Shown: in pieces, positions 59,142-64,000 of the stretch
Layout: each line of letters begins with the position of its first letter
Numbering within the stretch: the stretch's first letter is position 1
The notes under the pieces: generated by a model
The model's database searches: none
What the model was told of the DNA's origin: nothing
Seen by the model: only the letters and a program-made list of their open reading frames with translations
DNA from: Curvularia clavata
Taxonomy: Eukaryota
Length of the DNA: 64,000 bases
Reading direction: 5' to 3'
Assembly: GCA_023920165.1 (NCBI GenBank)
Contig: CP089277.1
Location: forward strand, 930,001-994,000
Position numbers and translations under genes: made by a program

Positions 59142-60361
59142 ATGAAAGCAGTTGTCTTCAAGGGTCCAGGAAAGGTGGTGATTGAGGACAGGCCTATCCC
59201 CAAGATTCAAGATGACAAAGACATAATTGTCAAAGTTGACAAGGTAATTTCATGTCATTTTTCATGTTTTGTCTGCACCATACAAAGACATTACTGACGC
59301 TTCACAGTCGGCATTATGCGGAAGGTATATTAATTCCTTTCACCAATGCACAGCATATCTCTAATTTGAAACTAGTGAACTTCATGTATTTCGGGGCCAT
59401 CAGCCATCAGGTACCGAGTTTATCATGGGACATGAGTTCACTGGATACGTCCACGAGGTAGGCGCATCAGTCAAGAACCACAAGGTTGGCGACCTTGTTG
59501 TCACGCCCTTCACGACGTCGTGCGGAGAGTGCTTCTACTGCAGCCGCGGCTACTCGTCGCGATGCACCAAGAGTCAGCTGTTTGGATCTGTTGGTCTCGA
59601 CGGAGCCCAGGCCGAATATGTGCGTGTGCCCCTTGCCGATTCCACGGCCGTGAAAGCTCCCTCCGGCATCAAGGACGAAGCCCTGGTTTTGATGGCCGAC
59701 ATCTTCCCTACTGGCTATTTTGCGGCCAAGAATGGATTCCAGTACGCAAGCCCAGAAGAAGCCAAGAATAGTGTTGTTGTCCTTATTGGATGTGGACCTG
59801 TCGCTCTCTGCGCACTGTGCAACATCCTCAATTACAACCCCAAGCATATTCTCGCCGTTGACTCGGTCCCGTCTCGACTCGAGCTGGCCAAGTCGCTGGG
59901 TGCGGAGCCATGGAATTTTCAGACGGACCGCGAGGGACTCGACAAACGCGTCAAGGAGCTTACCGAAGGCCGTGGCGCCGATATTGTGATTGAAGTAGTT
60001 GGCCTTTCGCCAGCTCTGCGCATGGGTTACGAGCTGATTCGGCCATGGGGCGTCATTAGCTCTGTCGGCGTCCACAATGCTGAAATTCCCTTTACTGGAA
60101 ATGAGGCATACAACAAGAACGTCAGGCTGCAAATGGGTCGCTGCCCTGTCAGAAGTGTGTTTGAAGAGGCGATGGAGAGTCTCAAGAAGCATCAAGACAA
60201 GCTCGGGTGAGTGTCAATGCCTTGACAAAGGCCATGGGACTGCAGCTGACATGGATAGATTTCTGGCCGACAAGATTATGCCGCTGAGTGAGGCGGTGGA
60301 GGGCTATGACCTGTTTAACAACATGAAGGTGCAAAAGGTTATATTCGAAGCCCAGAAGTAA
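59142..60361 (+). CDS. Zn-dependent medium-chain alcohol dehydrogenase (formaldehyde dehydrogenase-like/GroES-fold)
   Basis: Exons 59142-59243, 59308-59324 (17-nt microexon), 59376-60206, 60259-60361. Motifs LCGSELH, GHEFTG, structural Zn CGECFYC......RC, DIFPTG and GCGPVA. Confidence 0.93.
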
Positions 60362-61310
60362 GTAGAGGGTGCTGCATGGGCCGGCGTTGAGAGGCTAGGG
60401 ATATAGGCGTGTGTGAGCTCCGAGGAAGTCAATTAGGATTCGTATATCCAGGGCGCAAAAGCTAAAAGTTGACCAATGGCATATATGTGTGGCACAATTC
60501 CATGGCCTACAATGCAAGAGTGACGAACCAATGCTGCGATGCTAGCTGCATCGTCGTGGGGACAAAGCCGCCTGTCGAGGGCTCGTGCACGCGGGGTCTA
60601 TTCTGTGTTCGCGGATGGGGCGGCGCGCGATGATGCTCGACGAACAGGCGATGCATTCACGCCTGCATCCATGGCACATGGCTGCCCTCGTAGAACACCA
60701 TGCTGCCTGTTGTGTAAGGCCGGATGCTTGCTGCATCTGAAGCATCGCAGCTGCTCACTCAGTCTGCATTCGTCTTGAATGCGGCAAGGCGTGTCCGTCT
60801 CGCTAAGAGAAGCTACAACCTGCCGCCCGAATATTGCTCTGCTCCAGACCTGTCCTGTGTCCCTCCCTCTCCGTCTCCCTACCTCCACTGTCCGTAAACC
60901 CCAAGGTGGCTCCACCAACACTCCTCTCTTCCTCGACACATCCCCAATCCTCTCCCTTTCTCTCTCTCTCTCCGCCCCTCTCCGCTCTTCTCAACTCACC
61001 CGTGCTCCCTCTCCATCTGTCCTGTCGGCTACTCCGCACCGACCACCTCCCACTCACCCCCCCGCCACTTCCGTGATCGCCTGTGAGTAGCTCCCATGTC
61101 AGAGTTCCAGACGCAAACATCAACCCAATTACTGACTTCTAGCTCGATAGCCTGAGCACTTTCTCCCTGCCCTTCTCATCTATCCCCTCGCACGCCCTAT
61201 CGCCGTCTTTGCGACTCCGTCTCTCTACTTGTAAGTGTTGCGACGTTGCGCGTGTCGCGAAACTGCGTCACTGACCACGATACCAGCACCTCCCTCAACC
61301 CTCCTACAAC

Positions 61311-62463
61311 ATGTCCACCGAAGAGTCCCAGCCCGGTCCCGGCCAAGATGCCGGCCGCGTTGCCGATCAACTCGATCGTCTCAACATGGACGGCGAGGGC
61401 GAAGTCGTCCCACGCACCGAAGAAGAGTACGCAGAGGCGCAGCTCACCCTGCGAGCCATTGTTTCGTCCAAAGAGGCCGGAGTCATCATAGGCAAGGCTG
61501 GCAAGAACGTTGCCGACTTGCGCGATGAGACTGGTGTTCGCGCCGGCGTCAGCAAGGTCGTCCAGGGTGTCCACGACCGGGTCCTCTCCGTCACCGGCAG
61601 TCTATCTGGCATCTCCAAGGCATACGGTCTAGCCGCCAAGGGCCTGCTCGAGGGCGCGCCTGCTATGGGCATGGGCGGCGCCATTCGCACCGATGGCACT
61701 CATCGTACGTACCAGCGCACCAAAAGTGACAGTGCATAAGAGTACCCAGCTAACTTCTGCAGCTATCCGCCTCCTCATCTCGCACAACCAGATGGGCACC
61801 ATCATTGGTCGCCAGGGTCTTAAGATCAAGCAGATCCAGGATGCCTCTGGTGTCCGCATGGTTGCACAGAAAGAGATGCTTCCCCAGTCCACCGAGCGCA
61901 TTGTCGAGATCCAAGGATCCCCCGCCGGCATCGAGAAGGCTGTTTGGGAGATTGGCAAGTGTCTCATTGACGACCACGAGCGCGGCTACGGCACTGTTCT
62001 CTACAACCCCGCCGTCAGGGTTCAACCCGGCGTTGGCCCTGGTCCATCGGCGAACGGTGGTGGCGCGCCCAGTGGTGGCATGGGCGGCCGCTCGTATAAC
62101 CGCACCGGCCACGGCGCTGACTTTAGTGATGCGCCGCCTGCATTCTCTCGACGATCCGGTTCCGACGCTGCCAGCAGGCCACCACCCCCTACACACACCG
62201 AGGACGGCGAGGAGATGCAGACGCAGAACATCAGCATCCCCTCTGACATGGTTGGCTGCATCATCGGACGCGGCGGTAGCAAGATCAGCGAGATTCGCAA
62301 GACGTCCAACGCTCGTATCTCGATTGCCAAGGCGCCTCACGACGACACTGGCGAGCGCATGTTCACTATTACTGGTAGCGCTAGTGCCAATGAGAAGGCA
62401 CTGTATCTCTTGTACGAAAACCTCGAGGCCGAGAAGATGCGTCGCAGCCAGGCGCAAGAGTAG
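61311..62463 (+). CDS. Triple-KH-domain RNA-binding protein (Hek2/Pbp2/Rnc1-like, hnRNP K/PCBP family)
   Basis: Exons 61311-61704 and 61763-62463; 5'UTR intron ~61083-61142. Three KH GxxG loops: IIGKAG, IIGRQG, IIGRGG. Confidence 0.93.
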
Positions 62464-63862
62464 GCCTCCTTGTTCGCAGGTCCCTTAATATGCACACGAA
62501 TGAGGGCGGTGGTGCCCCTTCGCCACGTACCAGGACACACGAGTTGACGGAGCGGCCATGCAGGCTCTACTCCACATGACTGGTCCTTCGCATCGACCGC
62601 CAGATGCATTTGTGGTTCCATAACGGGAAACCCGCCAACACGGTATCAAAAGCATGAGCTTGCTTAGTTTCTTACTTGCTGCTAACTGATGGATACCACG
62701 GATTATTTTGGGGACATTGTTTTAACTTTTTTTTTTACCTGTCGAGAGAGAGATCGATATCTGAGTGCACGCTGAGCGGTTCACGAATGTCATGACGTTA
62801 TGGCCTTTGATATCCGGATCGCGCATCTGCCTATGGGTAGCAGCGCTAGCATCCAACTTTGGGTTTTTCTGGCGAAGAAGAGCTGGGGAAGGATTGAGAT
62901 GGGATTCATCATCTCCAAGTTTATGGCGAACAACAGCATGCATGTACATTCTCTAATCACCAACCCCTCACCCCACCTGGCCCGCTACTACCACACCACC
63001 CCTGCTACACACCGTCACTCCTACCGATACCTACTAGATACAACCAATCAACATGTTATGTCGACACGAGGGGATCTCGGCTGCTGGAGTGCATGTGAAG
63101 TGACTGCTGAAGCGATGGTGACTGCTCTTGTGTATGGTGGTGCTAAAGGGGCAGAGCGAAGGCGCGTGGAGGAGATGAGTTGGCCTTTGCACAGGCACGG
63201 CGAGGCTGCGAACGGCTGGACCCTCGCCGCCGCTGGCGGGCTAGCGCTGTACGTCATGTCTCCCGCTTGGACACGAAGCACAGGACCCAGATGCCGTTGG
63301 CCCCCTCGAGTGAACAGCGCAGCCAGCATGAGACCACTGCTTCGTGTACCGCAGCTCAACACGTCGACACGTCCAGAATGGTGGCGAGAGGTCAACGGGG
63401 CGGCTGTCGCTCGAGGCGCGGCAGCCCTTTGATGCGGTGAGGTTCGGCAGCAGAGTTCGCTTATCCTTCTATGCTTGCCAGGTTCAGTAGTACCAGGGAT
63501 CGCCCAGAAGGCCGGAGATTGGTAGACTAGAGAGCACCGCACCGCATGGCTTTGACGCCCGACCGATTTCCGAGGCTGGCATGGCAGGCTGTCTTTTCAT
63601 GAGCTATGCTGTTCTAGGAAGGGGCGTGATGCTGGTTAAAGATGATTCTTCTTGACCGCACATTCCCTCGTTTCCTCTCTCGTCCCTGCACACCTCCACA
63701 AACTTTTCTTCACTGTCCAAACACACACGGATTCACTCTCATCTTCACGACATCACCACAACGCGACCACTAGGACAAGAAACACGCCTTCACACCAAAC
63801 ACGCTTTTACACTTTTACACCTTGACGCCTTGGCCAGCATATAGCAGGCACACACGGAAACC

Positions 63863-64000
63863 ATGGCTCCTGTTCAGACACAAACCATGACCACCCACCA
63901 GTTCGACAACCCCGTCACAGTCATCCGGGCCTCCGGACGGATATCCAAGCCACCAGCACGCTCGACGCGCACACAAACCAAGGCCCTTCTCTCACACTCG
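63863..64000 (+). CDS. Probable 5' end of a gene truncated by the window edge
   Basis: ACCATGG context after a CT/CA-rich leader. Open reading MAPVQTQTMTTHQFDNPVTVIRASGRISKPPARSTRTQTKALLSHS to the edge. Confidence 0.5.
   Translation, partial: MAPVQTQTMTTHQFDNPVTVIRASGRISKPPARSTRTQTKALLSHS

Noticed and set aside
1353..62463. Stop-codon readthrough producing cryptic peroxisomal PTS1 signals
   Set aside because: None of the stop codons I inspected has the TGA-CTA readthrough context.

Overview
Gene-dense, intron-containing filamentous ascomycete chromosomal DNA (GT/GC-AG introns of mostly ~45-110 nt with CTRAC branch points; gene content and style suggest a Dothideomycete/Pleosporales-type fungus, which is an inference). 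I hand-spliced about 24 protein-coding genes: FMN-binding PNPOx/NimA-like (partial), Gid4/Vid24-like, a conserved hypothetical, a cytochrome P450, an SMP/LEA-like repeat protein, an arrestin, a MeaB-like bZIP, Stm1, an RBR E3 ligase, a GH3 beta-glucosidase, an FHA-forkhead TF, complex I NDUFS5, a HET-domain protein, a membrane protein of a family usually carrying ankyrin repeats, two orphans, a Gly/Ala-rich secreted protein, a YwbE-zinc finger protein, DNAJC7, yippee/Moh1, a Zn-dependent dehydrogenase, a KH-domain RNA-binding protein and a partial gene at the right edge. A dead, composite DD34E Tc1/mariner element lies at ~13.7-15.6 kb. I recognised no tRNA, rRNA, riboswitch or CRISPR by eye. 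No novel system can be demonstrated from sequence alone. The best candidates are (i) an accessory-looking island at ~40.3-49.8 kb (HET gene + ankyrin-less membrane gene + orphan), a possible allorecognition/cell-death locus, and (ii) a GC-AG intron in the MeaB-like gene whose retention would swap the C-terminus, beside a cluster of GATA (AreA-type) sites. Family names come from remembered motifs, not from database searches.
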